Of a stretch of DNA of 64,000 nucleotides, positions 40,490-54,640 are shown piece by piece. Source of the stretch: Eledone cirrhosa (lineage: Eukaryota); the NCBI GenBank assembly GCA_964016885.1, contig OZ024741.1:159154001-159218000 (forward strand), in the 5' to 3' direction. The notes below the pieces were generated by a model that saw nothing but the letters and a program-made list of their open reading frames with translations, searched no databases and had not been told where the DNA came from. Numbering within the stretch: position 1 is the first letter of the stretch; each line of letters starts with the position of its first letter. The position numbers and the translations under genes are program-made.

Positions 40490-40905
40490 AGCCAAAAACT
40501 CACAGCATTACCGCGGGTGATAATGAGGCTGAGGCGCTGAAATAACCAGGCACCCTCATGAGCATCACCTAACACATCAGCAAGGCAAAACTCCAGCCAT
40601 GACAAGAATTTCGCTGACAGCAGCCCAACTCCACCAAACATCTCCAACGCCACAGGCTGGAAAAAATAATTGTTTGATAGTTCTCGGTATTTTCAGATTT
40701 TGTTCCATTCAGCAATGGAAGCAGTGACCGTGGTATCTATGATGTAGGAGAGAGCAAAAGAATCATTGACTGTGGCGTCCCAGATGAAATATCTGTCCCT
40801 TAACCAGGGACAAAGGGTAAGGGCATGTGGTCTCTTCCCATCACTTCTGGATAATCCAGCCAGCTCCAGAACTGAGGAGATATTTACCTGAGCTAGGGCC
40901 TGCTT
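40490..40905 (-). pseudogene. CRE-clade non-LTR retrotransposon restriction-like endonuclease remnant (3' end)
   Basis: GLSRSDGKRP...TLCPW...IWDATV..SFA.SY, KYREL..NYFFQPVALE.FG, WLFQRLSLIITRGNAVS. Confidence 0.8.
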
Positions 40906-41914
40906 AAGAAAACCTACATACAGATGTAATCTCCTTTCACACATACTACTACAACTATTACTAATACTACTGCCATAACCACCACTATCACGTTATATCC
41001 CCCACTTACACCACCATTACCAACTATAAATTTCACCAACCACTACAACCACCACCACTACCACTATAAACCCCAACAACTACAACTACCACTAACAGCA
41101 CAATCAACACCATCATTATAATCACAACTACAACCACCACAATAATAACCACTATTACTACCACCACAACTACTACTACCATTACGACTACATTTTGTGA
41201 ATGTACCACTATATTTCATTAACATCCTCATAGATATTGAACTTCTCATCAAAGGATACATTTTTGTTTATTAAATATTACAATACATCTATTATTTTTG
41301 TTATTTATCAGTTGTTGTCAGGGGGTTGATGAAGGCCAAGGAGGAGGTTGCCCAATAAATACAACATATATTTTCATAATGATATTATTATTATCATTAT
41401 TATTATCATTTTGCAAAGAGTTCTGAAGAATAGTTAAAGAGTTATTGAATTTTTATTTTGCTCTTGATTATTGGAATGGGTGTACACGTGAACAGACATG
41501 CACAAATATGTATATATGCATGGATGGGTAAGTATTTAGTTTTACAAACAGGAGAAATAGAACTCAATACATAAAGTATTTATACTGTAACACACTGGCT
41601 AATAAAAACACATACATGTGTGTGTGTGTATGTTTGTGTTTGTCTGTGTGTGTGTGTGTACACTTATTTTGTTTTTAATCAATATTTGTATAAAATATTT
41701 GTCTGTATTCTGTAGGAAATGTTGAGACCAACAATAAATATTTATTGATAATAAAATATATTTTTTAAGGTTACGTATAGTGTCTTCAGTTCTACAAATA
41801 TTATATTTCACAGATTGTCAGTTTGTATTATGTAAAGCTGAGTGTAGAGTTGGAACTTAAGCATATATATGTGTGTGTGTGTACGTATTAGAGTGAGTGT
41901 TTAAAAAGTAAGGC

Positions 41915-42886
41915 AATTGAGGACATGAAAACAGATAAAGTAGCATGGCCATTGGGAATAGTTGCTGAAATGCTGAAAATATCTGGAATGGTAGGTTACA
42001 CCATAACTACCTATATTGTTAACCATGTAATACAAAATAGTGCCATACCCAATGACTAGCATAGCAGCAACATCATGAACAAAGGGCAAAGGTGACGCAC
42101 TAGCCAGAGGGAATTATCGTGGCATCAAACCGACCGGGCAGAGTCATACAACTGATTAGGGATCGAATTAACCTATGGGAACACAAGAGATGTAGTGGGA
42201 TCTTGGGTAGGTTAGCTAAAAATGCAGGTATTACTTGTGACCATTGCACAGGAGCAGTAAGTAAAAAACACTCACAGGAAACAAATGCAATCAAATTCTT
42301 GGAAGGTTCTGTAGAAGCAGTCGACAGCCTCTGTTACTTGGGTGACCAAATTAGCAGTGGATGTGCCGAAAGTACAATAACCAGAGTGAGAATAGGATGG
42401 AAAAAGTTCAAGGAGCTACAACTGCTGCTAACTACAAAAGAAATTTCCCTCAAAATGAGGTGTAGATTGTATGATGCAATGTTACATGGTAGTAAGACGT
42501 GGGTGATGTGTGCAGATGATCTGCAAAGATTGGAAAGAAATGAAGCTGGCATGCTTCAAGGGATGTGTAATAGTAATATACATGAACGGCAAAACTTAAA
42601 TGAACTGAGAGAGAAATTGGTCATAAGAGAGATCAGAGGCAAAGTGCAGGAGAAGAGATTGCGTTGGTATGGACATGTGATGCATATGAAGGATGACAGC
42701 TATAAAAAAAGGTGTAGGGTGCTCAAAGTTGATGGAAGCTATGGAGTAGGAAGAATTAGGAAGACTTGGGATGTGGTGATAAAAGCAGACTGTACAACTA
42801 CACCTCTCAACGGCATGACACAGGATCAAGATCGCTGGTGTTATGCAGTAATACAAAAGACTTGCCTTCCCATGTGCACAGGTTGA
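41915..42886 (+). pseudogene. RTE LINE remnant with the RT core deleted
   Basis: VAEMLK...RGNYRGIK joined to [30 protein letters not shown]. Confidence 0.9.
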
Positions 42887-43029
42887 AGCGTACATTTAGT
42901 ATGCACTAATTTCTCTTACCTCCCACTTCCAAACACCTCCCACACCCCAAACCTCCCAAAATCCCACCATTCATCTACACTCACTAGATCTACCTCTCCA
43001 ATTCCCATGTACTTCCCTCATCCCAACCC

Positions 43030-43460
43030 CCAGCCCACACTATAAAGTGGTCATTTTGGTGCCACAACAAAAAGCATCCAGTCCACTCTGTAATGTGGTC
43101 ATGCTGGTGACACGACAAAAAGCACCCAGCTCACACTGTAAAGAGGTCATGTAAGTGTCACAAAAAAAAGCACCCAGTCCACACTGTAAAGTGGTTGTGT
43201 AAGTGTCACGAAAAAAAGCACCCAGTCCACACTGTAAAGTGGTTGTGTAGGTGTCATAATAAAAAGCACCCAGTCCACACTGTAAAGTGGTTGTGTAGGT
43301 GTCATAATAAAAAGCACCCAGTCCACACTGTAAAGTGGTTGTGTAGGTGTCATAATAAAAAGCACCCAGCACACACTGTAAATGTGGTCAGCATTAGGAA
43401 GGGCATCCAGCCATAGAAACCAAGCCAAAATTAGTTCTGTATGAGCAAGACACGGTCACC
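43030..43460 (+). repeat. 48-bp tandem array (about 7 units) inside the RTE 3'UTR module
   Basis: gtccacactgtaaagtggttgtgtaggtgtcataataaaaagcaccca units followed by ggaagggcatcc. Confidence 0.9.
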
Positions 43461-43657
43461 CTGACTGTAATTGCAGTTATTTATAATCCAAAACAAAATA
43501 AAAAAATGTATAAATCAAACATAATAAACATATAAAATATAAATATAAAATAATCATAATATAAAATCCATGAGAGAAATTTGTTTGAGACAGCCATAGA
43601 GTTGTGGGTGTTTAAACAAGAATTCTTAAATACTATAGAGAATATTGCTGGAAATAA

Positions 43658-43839
43658 TTGTTTCTACTTTTGGCACAAGGCCAGCAATTATCCCAGTGTA
43701 TTACTGGTACTTTATTTTATCAACCCCGTAAGGATGAAAGGCAAAGTTAACCTCGGCAGGATTTGAACTCAGACCATAAAGGGCCGTAACTCTTTGTTGC
43801 AAAACATGGTGTCCGACCCTCTACTGATACTGCCAATCC
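43658..43839 (-). mobile_element. SINE family B
   Basis: A/B boxes on the minus strand and conserved body. Confidence 0.85.
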
Positions 43840-46145
43840 AGGGTGTCAAATAGAATGTTTTGTGGCTCTCTGTTCTCTCTGAGTTCAATTTTGCCTTTCA
43901 TTCTTTAAGGTTGATAAATCATGTACCAGTACCATACTACAGCCAATTCTCCACCACTTTCTTCTCACCCCACCTCTCTCTCCTTTTCAGACACTCTCTG
44001 CCTCTGTCTCGTGAAGAAATTGGCTGTGATCAGATCTGGGGAAGGATGGGATCTGCCAAATTTAAGTGGCCAAGACATGCTGAATATCATGGTGCTTCCC
44101 TGATTACTCTGTGAGGAGTTAAGTGTCTAGACAGACAAAAAAACTTAAATATAATCACAGTGAGGTACTGAAGAAACACAGTTATGTCTGTGATTCTTTG
44201 AACAGGATTCCTTAACTCTTTTGATACCAAGCCAGATGAAACCTGCTCTTGTTCTATGATACAGAGCTGTTTGGTTCAAAGTGTTTATATTTATCTAAAA
44301 ACCTTCATTCTCTGTGAATGTGTTAAACCTTCTCATTCCTGCCTGCCCAAAAGCAGCTCTGACTTTATGAAACAAAAACCCATTTTTAATCTTCCAATGT
44401 AATAAATAAGAAGCATATGTTTAGTTACTATCTTAGAAATGAAATGATTGATAATTTTAGTAAATTTTAGATATTCTCCCTGATATATTGGCTGTATTAT
44501 TCATTATTTATGCTTTGTGACCTTACACTTGTACAATATTTAGATTTTTTACCCTATGGACCACACCTTGGATGAATTTGTTCATTATATTTACTGATTG
44601 TACAAACACATTGAGCTTTAAAACTTCTTGACATATCTCAACAAAGTTGATCTCTCAAATTGATAAACTTGTTTATATCATCATGATTATCATCATTTAA
44701 TGTCTATATTGCCATGCTTGATAGATATACATAGGTAAGTGATCTAGTGGTTAGGGTGTTGGACTCACAGTCATAATATCATGGGTTCGATTGCTGGACC
44801 AGGTAGCATGTTGTGTTTTTGAGAAAACACTTTATTTCACATTGCTCCTACTGCCAAGAGTTGCAGCCAGCAAATAGTATCAACAAAGGAAAGAACAATG
44901 GAAACGTTGTTTACTTGCTTTGATCTAATGATTGGCTCTTTTCGATATATATATATGTCCTACAGTAAAGTGGTCATGTAGGTGTCACAACAAAAAGCAC
45001 CCAGTCCACACTGTCAAGTGGTCATGTAGGCACCACGATAAAATGCACCCAGTACTCACTCTAAATGAGGTTGGTGTTAGGAATGGCATCCAGCTGTAGA
45101 AATCAAGCCAAAATCAGTTCTGTAGGAGTAAGATATGGTCAGCTGACCTGACATTGCCCACAACAGGACAACTCATCTAACCCATATTAGCATGGAAAAA
45201 TGGATGTATGATGATGATGTGTGTGTAGAGAGAGAGAAAGGGGGAGAGAAAGAGCAGAGAAAGTGGACATTAATGACAATACACATATTGAGATCTAAAA
45301 TGTTATAAAAATCTTAAAACAGATCATATAAAGATACAGAATAACCTCAATAAATTTTTTCAGAGAACAGTGATCCTGAGTGAAGATGGGAGAGAAGAAT
45401 TGTGTTGAGGAAATTTTCCAAAATTTTACACTATATCTTTTTAACACCAAACATATTTTTAAACTGAGTGAGGAACATCAAATTATTTTGAGCGATCACG
45501 ATTTGGACATAAAACCAAAAATGGTCAAGAACCACTGCTCTGAAAGAATTCCCAGCATTACCAATATTGTTTATGGAATGGATATTCTATACTTACTCAG
45601 TTCAGAATAAAGTAATATGGTTGGTGTTGGTCTAAAACGTCATTTCCACTTTCTAGTCTCTCTCTCTCTCTTCATTCAGTGTCTCTCAGCCGCTCTCTCT
45701 TTCTTGTCTGTATTTCTCTGTCTCACCTTCTTCGTCTATCTGTTTGTCCATCTCTCTCTCTCCTCTTTCTCCCTCACTGTTTGATTCTCTTTCAGTATCT
45801 CTAAGCTCCACCCCTTTCTCTAAGTGTCTCTCATCCCCCTCTCCTTCTGTCTATCTCAGTATCTTTCAGTTTCTACTCACACCCCTCTTTCTCTTCCTCT
45901 CTTGGTCTCATTGCTCATGGTCAGTTTTATATACAATATGAAACTATCTTCCAGCCTCCCACACACAAGAGCTATTATTGACAGTCATCACCCCCAACAA
46001 CCACACCAAATGCAATCTGCTGAAGAAATTATAACTACTACTACTTATAGTAATAGAAATAGTGGTAGTATTAGTGGTGGTAGCAGCAGCAGTGGTAGTA
46101 GTAGTAGTAGTGGTAGTAGTGGTAGTAGTAGTAGTGGTAGTAGTG

Positions 46146-46205
<60 letters not shown>

Positions 46206-46802
46206 CTATTATTAGAGACAGCAAACAAGTTTTCTCTTGTTGACTTGAAAAGTCTTATTATTCACAGCTGTGGAAATTTTTAATTCCAAGCAGCAATAAA
46301 TAAACAAATAAATAAATAATAATGATATGATGACAATTATGACAATTATGATAATGATGATAATGATGATGATCATGATCATGATGATCATGATCATGAT
46401 CATGATCATGATCATGATATCATGATGATGACGACAACGAAGACAATGATGATTATGATGACAAGGGTGATGATCATGATGATATAGGAAATCAAAGCAT
46501 AGCCTTGAAAGAAATTGATAGAATAAAGAAATATACTGACTTGAAGATGGAAGTTACATGCATGTGGTCAATACTACCTAACAACATCAAGATAATTCCA
46601 GTTGCCATCAGATCTTTGAGCTGGGTACCACTAACATTGAGAGGGTAACTTAAGCAAATAGACCACAAATCACAAATTGCTCCACTGGCCACTACACATT
46701 TACTCAGGAAAGTACTGTCTGTCTAAGATCCTTGCTGAAACTGGAGAGGCAGTAGACAATCCAGTAATTATTATATTTACTTTGCAAGCCATCCATAATA
46801 AT

Positions 46803-46982
46803 TGTTTCTACTTTTGGCACAAGGCCAGCAATTACCCAGTGCATTACTGGTACTTTATTTTATCAACCCCGTAAGGATGAAAGGCAAAGTAAACCTCGGC
46901 AGGATTTGAACTCAGAATGGCAAGGATTATAACTCTATGCATCAAAGCATGGCGTCCGACCCTCTACCGATACTGCCAATCC
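46803..46982 (-). mobile_element. Full-length SINE family B with 15-bp TSD; older copies continue to ~48010
   Basis: gccatccataataat at 46788-46802 and 46983-46997. Confidence 0.9.
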
Positions 46983-48087
46983 GCCATCCATAATAATGAT
47001 TTCTTCTTTAGGCACAAGGCTAGCAATTTGAACTGTAACTCTATGCTTCGAAACATGTTATTCAATGCTCTACATGTCTGATGCAAGCATTCCGTAATAA
47101 TGATGGATTCTAATTTAGGAACAAGGCCAGTAATTTTGAGGAGAGGATCAAGTTGATTGAATTAACCCCAGTAATTGCCATCAGAGCTTTGAGCTGGGTA
47201 CCACTAACACCGAGGGTATCTTAAGCAAATAGATCACACATTGCTCTCCTATAAAAGACTATTCCATTGGGCATGTAAAAAGCCAGAACAGATACCATAA
47301 AGCATTGTATCCAACACACTAACGATTCTGCAAGTTCATCACTCTAACAATAATAATTATTATTTCTAAAATTGGCACGAGGACAGCAATTTAGGGGAAG
47401 GGGAATATAGATTAAATCGATCCCAGTACTTAACTGGTACTTTATTTTATTAACACTGGAAGGATAAAAGGCAAAGTTGACTTCGGTGGGATTTGAACTC
47501 AGAACATAAAGGGCCATAACTAAATGATGCAAAACCCTCATAATAATAATAATAATAACGGTTTCTGATTTAGGCACAAGGCGAACAGTTTTGGGAGAAG
47601 GGAAAGTTGATTAAATCGATCCCAGTGCATTACTGGTACTTTATTTTATTGACCACATAAGGATGAAAGGCTAAGCTAACCTCAGCAGGATTTGAAATCA
47701 GAACATAAAGGGACATAACTATATACTGCAAAGCTTGTTATCCAATGTTCTAACAATACTACCAATCCAATCCACCACCATAATAATAATAATAGTTTTT
47801 AATTTTGGCACAAAGCCAGCAATTTTAATGAGAAGGGAAAATCCATTATATTTTAATATACTTGACTGCTACTTTATTTTATCAACCTCAAAAGGATGAA
47901 AGGCCAAGTTGACCTCAGTGAGACATGAACTCAGAAGATAAAGGGCTGTAACTATATGCTGCAAAGCATGTTGTTTAATGATCATTTGATACTGCCAATC
48001 CACTGCCCTAATAATGATAATGTAATAATGGTGATGATTTCTTTATTAACCATCAAGAAAAACATTATGACGGCACAGGACAAAAAC

Positions 48088-48088
<1 letters not shown>

Positions 48089-48124
<36 letters not shown>

Positions 48125-48410
48125 GTGTTGGTGTGTTGGTGTGTGTTGGTGTGTGTTGGTGTGTGTTGGTGTGTGTTGGTGTGTGTTGGTGTGTTGGTGT
48201 GTGTGTTGGTGTGTTGGTGTGTGTGTTGGTGTGTTGGTGTGTGTGTTGGTGTGTGTGTTGGTGTGTGTTGGTGTGTGTGTTGGTGTGTTGGTGTGTTGGT
48301 GTGTTGGTGTGTTGGTGTGCGGGTGTGTTGGTGTGTTGGTGTGTTGGTGTGTTGGTGTGTTGGTGTGTGTGTGTGTGTTGGTGTTGGTGTGTTGGTGTGT
48401 TGGTGTGCGG
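48089..48410. repeat. (GT)n/(GTGTTGGT)n compound repeat
   Basis: Directly visible. Confidence 0.9.
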
Positions 48411-49737
48411 GTTTTGCATGTAAACAAATTTTAACAATGTTGAAAAAGAAAGATAACAATAAAAATTAAAACAAAGAAGGTTCTTCAATAGGAAGGAGAC
48501 ATTCGAGGATCACTCTTGGAAAAAAATTCATAAAACCACAGGTGCCCTGATCTCTAGGGTAAATGCCCTGACCCAGTTGTTCTCCTCTAATTTACAGGCT
48601 CACACTCAGAGTGGGCCCATTCACTTAGGGAATACAAGAAAGTTTTATAAAATACATCTCAGAGGGAATTGTGAAGGAAGTAAAAAAAAAAATTAAAAAA
48701 TAGAACACAAAATACATCACCTATACCAGAACTTGAAGAAAAAACTGAGTTTGGGAGCAGAGAGGTCGGTTGAAGAAGTATTAGTAGTAGGACAATGTGG
48801 GGGTTAAGTTTATTGGAGAAGGAAGTCCCCTTTCTATAGCAATGCCAACTACCTCTACTCCACTCCATGCCTGTCTCATACAAATATTTTCATTACTAAA
48901 AATAAACATTTCTAATGAAAAATATATGTGTATGCATGTGTGTATATATATATATATATATATGTGTGTATGTATGTGTGTGAGTCTGCATGTGTGAGTG
49001 TGAATATATGTGAGTGCGTATTTATATATATAAATCTAAATATGTGCATGTATATATGTGTATGTGAATATATGAGTATATGCTTATATATATATGTATG
49101 TGTGTGTATGTTAGTATATCAAATCCCAAAAAAGACTGCTTATGGGCAAAACCAAATGCTGTGAACAGCAAAAAACTATGTCAAACACACACAAACACAT
49201 TCAATTATACTCTTCTCTATGCAAACACAGCTACACACACACTCATACATACATTCTCCTCCAAACTCAACCAGAGAGAGAGAGAGAGAGAGAGAGGAAA
49301 TGAGAATGAATAAAGATCAGAAAATATTTTTAAATATTCCTTTTAAGCTTTTTGATACCAAATCAGCTAAACCCACCCCTTGTTCTATGCTACAAAGCTG
49401 TTCATTTTGAAATGTTTATATTTATCATTAAAACCTTCCATCACAAATTTATTTAAGATCATTTATGTTATGTTATGTTCCAAACACCAGCTTAATAATG
49501 AGAAAGTTAATCATATTAATATGCCCCTCTGCTTTCTTTATTATCTTCAAAATTATATGAAAATCATAGCCAGTGTCTTTCATTAGAAATATGGTAACAA
49601 AAGGGTAAACATTTTTTTGCCATCACTGTTTTTGTTGTTACTATTATTGTTGTTGTAGTCACTATATGTGGTTAGGCTAATTTAACTCCTACTGCCAGCA
49701 CATCACACATATACAGCCAGTGTGAATCATATATAAT

Positions 49738-50073
49738 TGTTTCTACTTTTGGCACAAGGCCAGCAATTATCTCAGTGTATTACTGGTACTTTATTTTATC
49801 GACCCTGTAAGGATGAAAGGCAAAGTTAACCTCAGCAGGATTTATTTTATCGACCCTGTAAGGATGAAAGGCAAAGTTAACCTCAGCGGGATTTATTTTA
49901 TCGACCCTGTAAGGATGAAAGCAAAGTTAACCTCGGCGGGATTTATTTTATCGACCCTGTAAGGATGAAAGGCAAAGTTAACCTCGGCGGGATTTGAACT
50001 CAGATCATAAAAGGCCATAACTCTTTGCTGCAAAGCATGGCGTCCGGCGCTCTAGCAATACTGCCAATCCACC
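49738..50073 (-). mobile_element. SINE family B with four internal copies of a ~51-bp segment and a 16-bp TSD
   Basis: gtgaatcatatataat at 49722-49737 and 50074-50089. Confidence 0.9.
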
Positions 50074-50089
50074 GTGAATCATATATAAT

Positions 50090-50800
50090 GAGTGTGTCAC
50101 ATATATAGACACTGACACATATATAACCAGTGTGTTAGACACATATATAGCCTGTGTCACATATATAGCGAGTGTCACACACATATATAGCCAGTGTCAC
50201 ACACATATATAGCCAGTGTCACACACATATATAGCCAGTGTCACACACATATATAGCCAGTGTCACACACATATATAGCCAGTGTCACACACATATATAA
50301 CCAGTGTCACACACATATATAGCCAGTGTCACACAAATATATATAGCCAATGTCACACACGTATATAGCCAGTGTCACACACATATATAGGAAGTGTCAC
50401 ACACATATATAGCCAGTGTCACACACATATATAGCCAGTGTCACACACATATATAACCAGTGTCACACACATATATAGCCAGTGTGCCACAGCTATAACC
50501 ACTGTCACACACAGCTATAGCCAATGTCACACACAGCTATAGCCAATGTCACACACAGCTGTAGCCAGTGTGCCACAGCTGTAGCCAATGTTGCACATAT
50601 ATAGCCAGTGTCACACATATATATAGCCAGTGTGCCACAGCTATAGCCAATGTCACACACATATATAGCCAAAGTGCCACAGCTGTAGCCAATGTCACAC
50701 ATATATAGAGCAAGAGTATCACACATAAATAGCCTGTGTGTCAAACACATATATAGCCACTGTACCACACACACATATATAGCTAGTGTACCACACACAC
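50090..50800. repeat. ~22-bp minisatellite (gtgtcacacacatatatagcca)
   Basis: Directly visible. Confidence 0.9.
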
Positions 50801-50931
50801 ATAGATATGTCTTTAAGTTTGATCAGATAAAACAAAGAAGAGGACAGATAAAAAGATGGAGTGGAAGAGAGACCCAGATGGATAGATAGAGAGGGATAAA
50901 GATAGAAAGAGAAAAAGAGGAAGAAACAAAG

Positions 50932-50994
<63 letters not shown>

Positions 50995-51160
50995 GAAAAG
51001 GGTAACAAGATAAATAGAGTAGAGAGAGATATAAAGAGATAGAGATGTTCTCTTCTCTAAAACTCTTTATTTTCTCTCTCTCTTACTCTCTCTAGCATCT
51101 CCCTTATTCCTCTCTCTTTCTCCATACCTCCCCCACTCTACACCATTGTTCAATGGACAC

Positions 51161-51919
51161 TTATATTCTACTACAGACAACGCTAACATTTCCTAACATT
51201 TTCCATTACAGCAGCCAGCTTAGTTTTTCATTACAAATCACATAACACTCAATTGTCTAATTAATTATCGCTAGTCAAAGCTATAACAACACACATATAT
51301 GTACATATATATATATATATGCATATGTGCATCTGTACATATGTGTGTGTGTGTGTATGAAGACATTTGGCTCAGTGGTTTGAGTGTTGGATTCACAATC
51401 ATGAGGTGGTGAGTTTGATTTTGGACTGGGCAGTGCAAATTGTATCCTTGAGCAGGACACTTTATTTCACATTGCTCCAGTTATATTCTACTACAGACAA
51501 CACTAAAATTTCCTAACATTTTCCATTACAGCAGCCAGCTTAGATTTTCATTACAAATCACATAACACTCAATTGTCTAATTAATTGTCACCAGTCAAAG
51601 CTATAACAACACACATATCATCATCATCATCCTCCTTTTACGTCCATCTTCCACGCTAGCATGGGTTAGATGGGAGTTGTCCCACTTGAGGCAAGATTGA
51701 TCGGGTGACCGTGTCTCGCTCATATAGGACTATCTGGCAGGTTTTCTACGGCTGGATGCCCTTCCTAACACCAACCACATTTACAGTGTGGAACTGGGAA
51801 CTTTTTACCATGTTACCTACACGGCCACATTACAGTGTGGACTGTGTGTTTTTTTGTTGTGACACCTACACATATATGTACATATATATATATGCATATG
51901 TGCATCTATACATGTGTGT

Positions 51920-51962
<43 letters not shown>

Positions 51963-52303
51963 GACATTTGGCTCAGTGGTTTGAGTATTGGGTTCACAAT
52001 CATGAGGTGGCGAGTTTGATTTCTGGACTGGGCAGTGCAAATTGTATCCTTGAGCAAGACACTTTAACCCTTTAATGTTCAAACTGGCCAAAACCGGGCA
52101 GAATTCTTTACCTTTTTCTGTTGAAACTGGCTGTAACTGGTCACTCAAACTGATGTTAAGGTATTGTTCTCAAAATCTCATAGATTCGATATTATGTGAG
52201 ATAATTATGTGAGATAATTATGTGGGATAAAGCAGTTACCATGAAAATACAATAGTATATATAGAGTAATGTAAATACTAAAGGGTTATTTCACATTGCT
52301 CCA
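51161..52303 (+). repeat. 320-bp tandem segmental duplication; second copy carries two extra insertions
   Basis: 51161-51480 recurs from 51481, interrupted at 51618-51870 and 52068-52285. Confidence 0.85.
52068..52285. mobile_element. piggyBac-like MITE (family B) nested in a CORE-like SINE
   Basis: ccctttaatgttca ... taaatactaaaggg; homologous to 35023-35226. Confidence 0.8.
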
Positions 52304-52549
52304 GTTCACTCAGCTGTAGAAATGAGTTGTGACATCTCTGGTGCCAAACTGTATCAGCCTTTGTTTTTCCTTTAGATGCCATCGGCAGCGTGGAAAGGAG
52401 AAACTGGCATATATGGGCGACTATTGGTCTTCTACAAAGCCACCTTGTCAGGGAACTTTCTAGGTGCAAAATCCATTAGTCTGTTAGTTGGTATTAAAAA
52501 AAATCCCTCTGAATAGAAAAAAGGATGAGTATTGACGTTCATGGGACAT

Positions 52550-52713
52550 CTTTGGTTTCCCGGACCAATGTGTTACCATTACACCAACATGCCACCCATG
52601 CTTCTTTCCATTCAATTAGAAGCTATATAACCATAGCAGAAGAAAGCATGGGTGGCGTGTTGGTGTAATGGTAACACATTGGTCCGGCAAACCAAAGCTG
52701 TGGGTTCCTGTCC
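52550..52713. other. Inverted pair of tRNA-like 5' halves (fold-back)
   Basis: 52550-52605 is the inverse of ~52642-52697; GGCGTGT TG GTGT AATGGTA ACAC A TTGGT CCGGCAA ACCAA folds into D and anticodon arms. Confidence 0.65.
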
Positions 52714-53037
52714 TTCGTCATCTCCTCCGTGAGCTTCAGCGATCTGAGGTCAGCCCTCACCACCTCCGCCCAAGTTTTTCGTGGTCTTCCTCCACTGCGT
52801 CTTCCTTCCGCCGGGATTTCTTGCTACTTCTTCACCCAGCGGTCATCTTCCATGCACATCACATGGCCACACAAACAGTCTTCTCACCTGCACACTACAA
52901 TTTACCCCTCTTATATACACAGTTTCACTCTCAACTCGTCCATGCTTGGTCATTCATGCACATTCACATTGCACATCCATCAGAACATGCTTATTTCATT
53001 TCTCTCCAACCTTCGCATATCCTCCGCAGTTGTTGTG
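52711..53037 (-). mobile_element. RTE LINE 3' fragment
   Basis: TTAEDMRRLERNE and GRPRKTWAEVVRADLRSL on the minus strand. Confidence 0.85.
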
Positions 53038-53038
53038 C

Positions 53039-53081
<43 letters not shown>

Positions 53082-53523
53082 TATATACACACACATATAC
53101 ATACACATATATATATAAATACACACAAACATACAAATACACACAAATACACACAAACATACACAAACGTACACACACATATATATATACATAGATACAC
53201 ACATACATACATATATATGCACACACCAATAACATAAGACTCAAAGATATGCACATGTACACACATACATACAGAGGCAATAATGCACCCCATCGACACA
53301 CACAGACCTACACACATAAGCCACTTGGACCCTCCACCTCAGCCCCCACTCCCAAATGCCAGACCACTCACCTACCATCCCCAACCTTCTTAACAACCTT
53401 TTTAAACTCACGTGCTTACCTGTTTTTTCTCTCTCCAAACTCTCCATTTCGTCCTAAGCTTGATCCTAATAAGACTTTGTACTTTTGCATCCGTGTTTAT
53501 ATATATATATATATTATATATAT

Positions 53524-53554
<31 letters not shown>

Positions 53555-53658
53555 CCCCCCCCCTCTTAAGCGTGAAATTAATAATAACATTTGTACTGCC
53601 TCTTCACTTCCACAATTTTTTGTTTTTTTGTTTTTTTGTTTTTTTGTTCTCTACTTTA

Positions 53659-53697
<39 letters not shown>

Positions 53698-53744
53698 TAT
53701 ACAAGTATATACATACATGCGTGTATATATATATACAAATGTAT

Positions 53745-53779
<35 letters not shown>

Positions 53780-53892
53780 CGTGTACAAATATATACATAG
53801 TGTATATATATATACAAATATATAAATACGTGTATATATATACAATATACACGTGTGTGTGTATATATATATATATATATACACATACTTAT

Positions 53893-53953
<61 letters not shown>

Positions 53954-54111
53954 CATACATACACATATATACATCTGTATACACACACATATGTAAATCT
54001 ATTATGATTCTTAATTAATTCCTTTATTTATTTACTGATTATTACTATAAATCTATAAAAACGAAAATTATAGAGAGGGGGGAGAGAGGGGGAGAGGGGG
54101 GTAGAGAGGAG

Positions 54112-54190
<79 letters not shown>

Positions 54191-54599
54191 TTGTAGAAAA
54201 ACAACAATGGTTGAATAAGAGAATAAGAGTATAAGAGAATAAGAGTATAAGAGTATAAGAGAATATAATCTTGGAACAACAGCTAAGCTATTGTTTCTAT
54301 TGATGGTTAGAACATCAAAGAGTTAGAGTGATGAAACCATTAGATTGAAGTGGAGTTATGTTTAAATAGCGATAGGCAGGCAGATAGATATGTAGATAGA
54401 TAGATAGAGAGAGAGGGGGAGGGGGGACGTAGATAGATATGTTTCTTTATTAGCCACAGGGGCACAAAAGAAGGGGACAAATACAAAGGGGGAAGTTTAC
54501 ATACAATAAAAACGTGTAAAATATTATCACAAATATTATACAAAGACGTAGATAGATAGATAGATAGATCGATAGAAAGATAGATCAATAGATAGATCA

Positions 54600-54640
<41 letters not shown>

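Noticed and set aside
43040-43428. Cys-containing 16-aa repeat protein
   Set aside because: Frame is open only because the unit is 48 bp; it lies in a retroposon UTR
52654-52713. Functional tRNA gene
   Set aside because: T arm degenerate, no acceptor 3' strand, anticodon loop lacks U33
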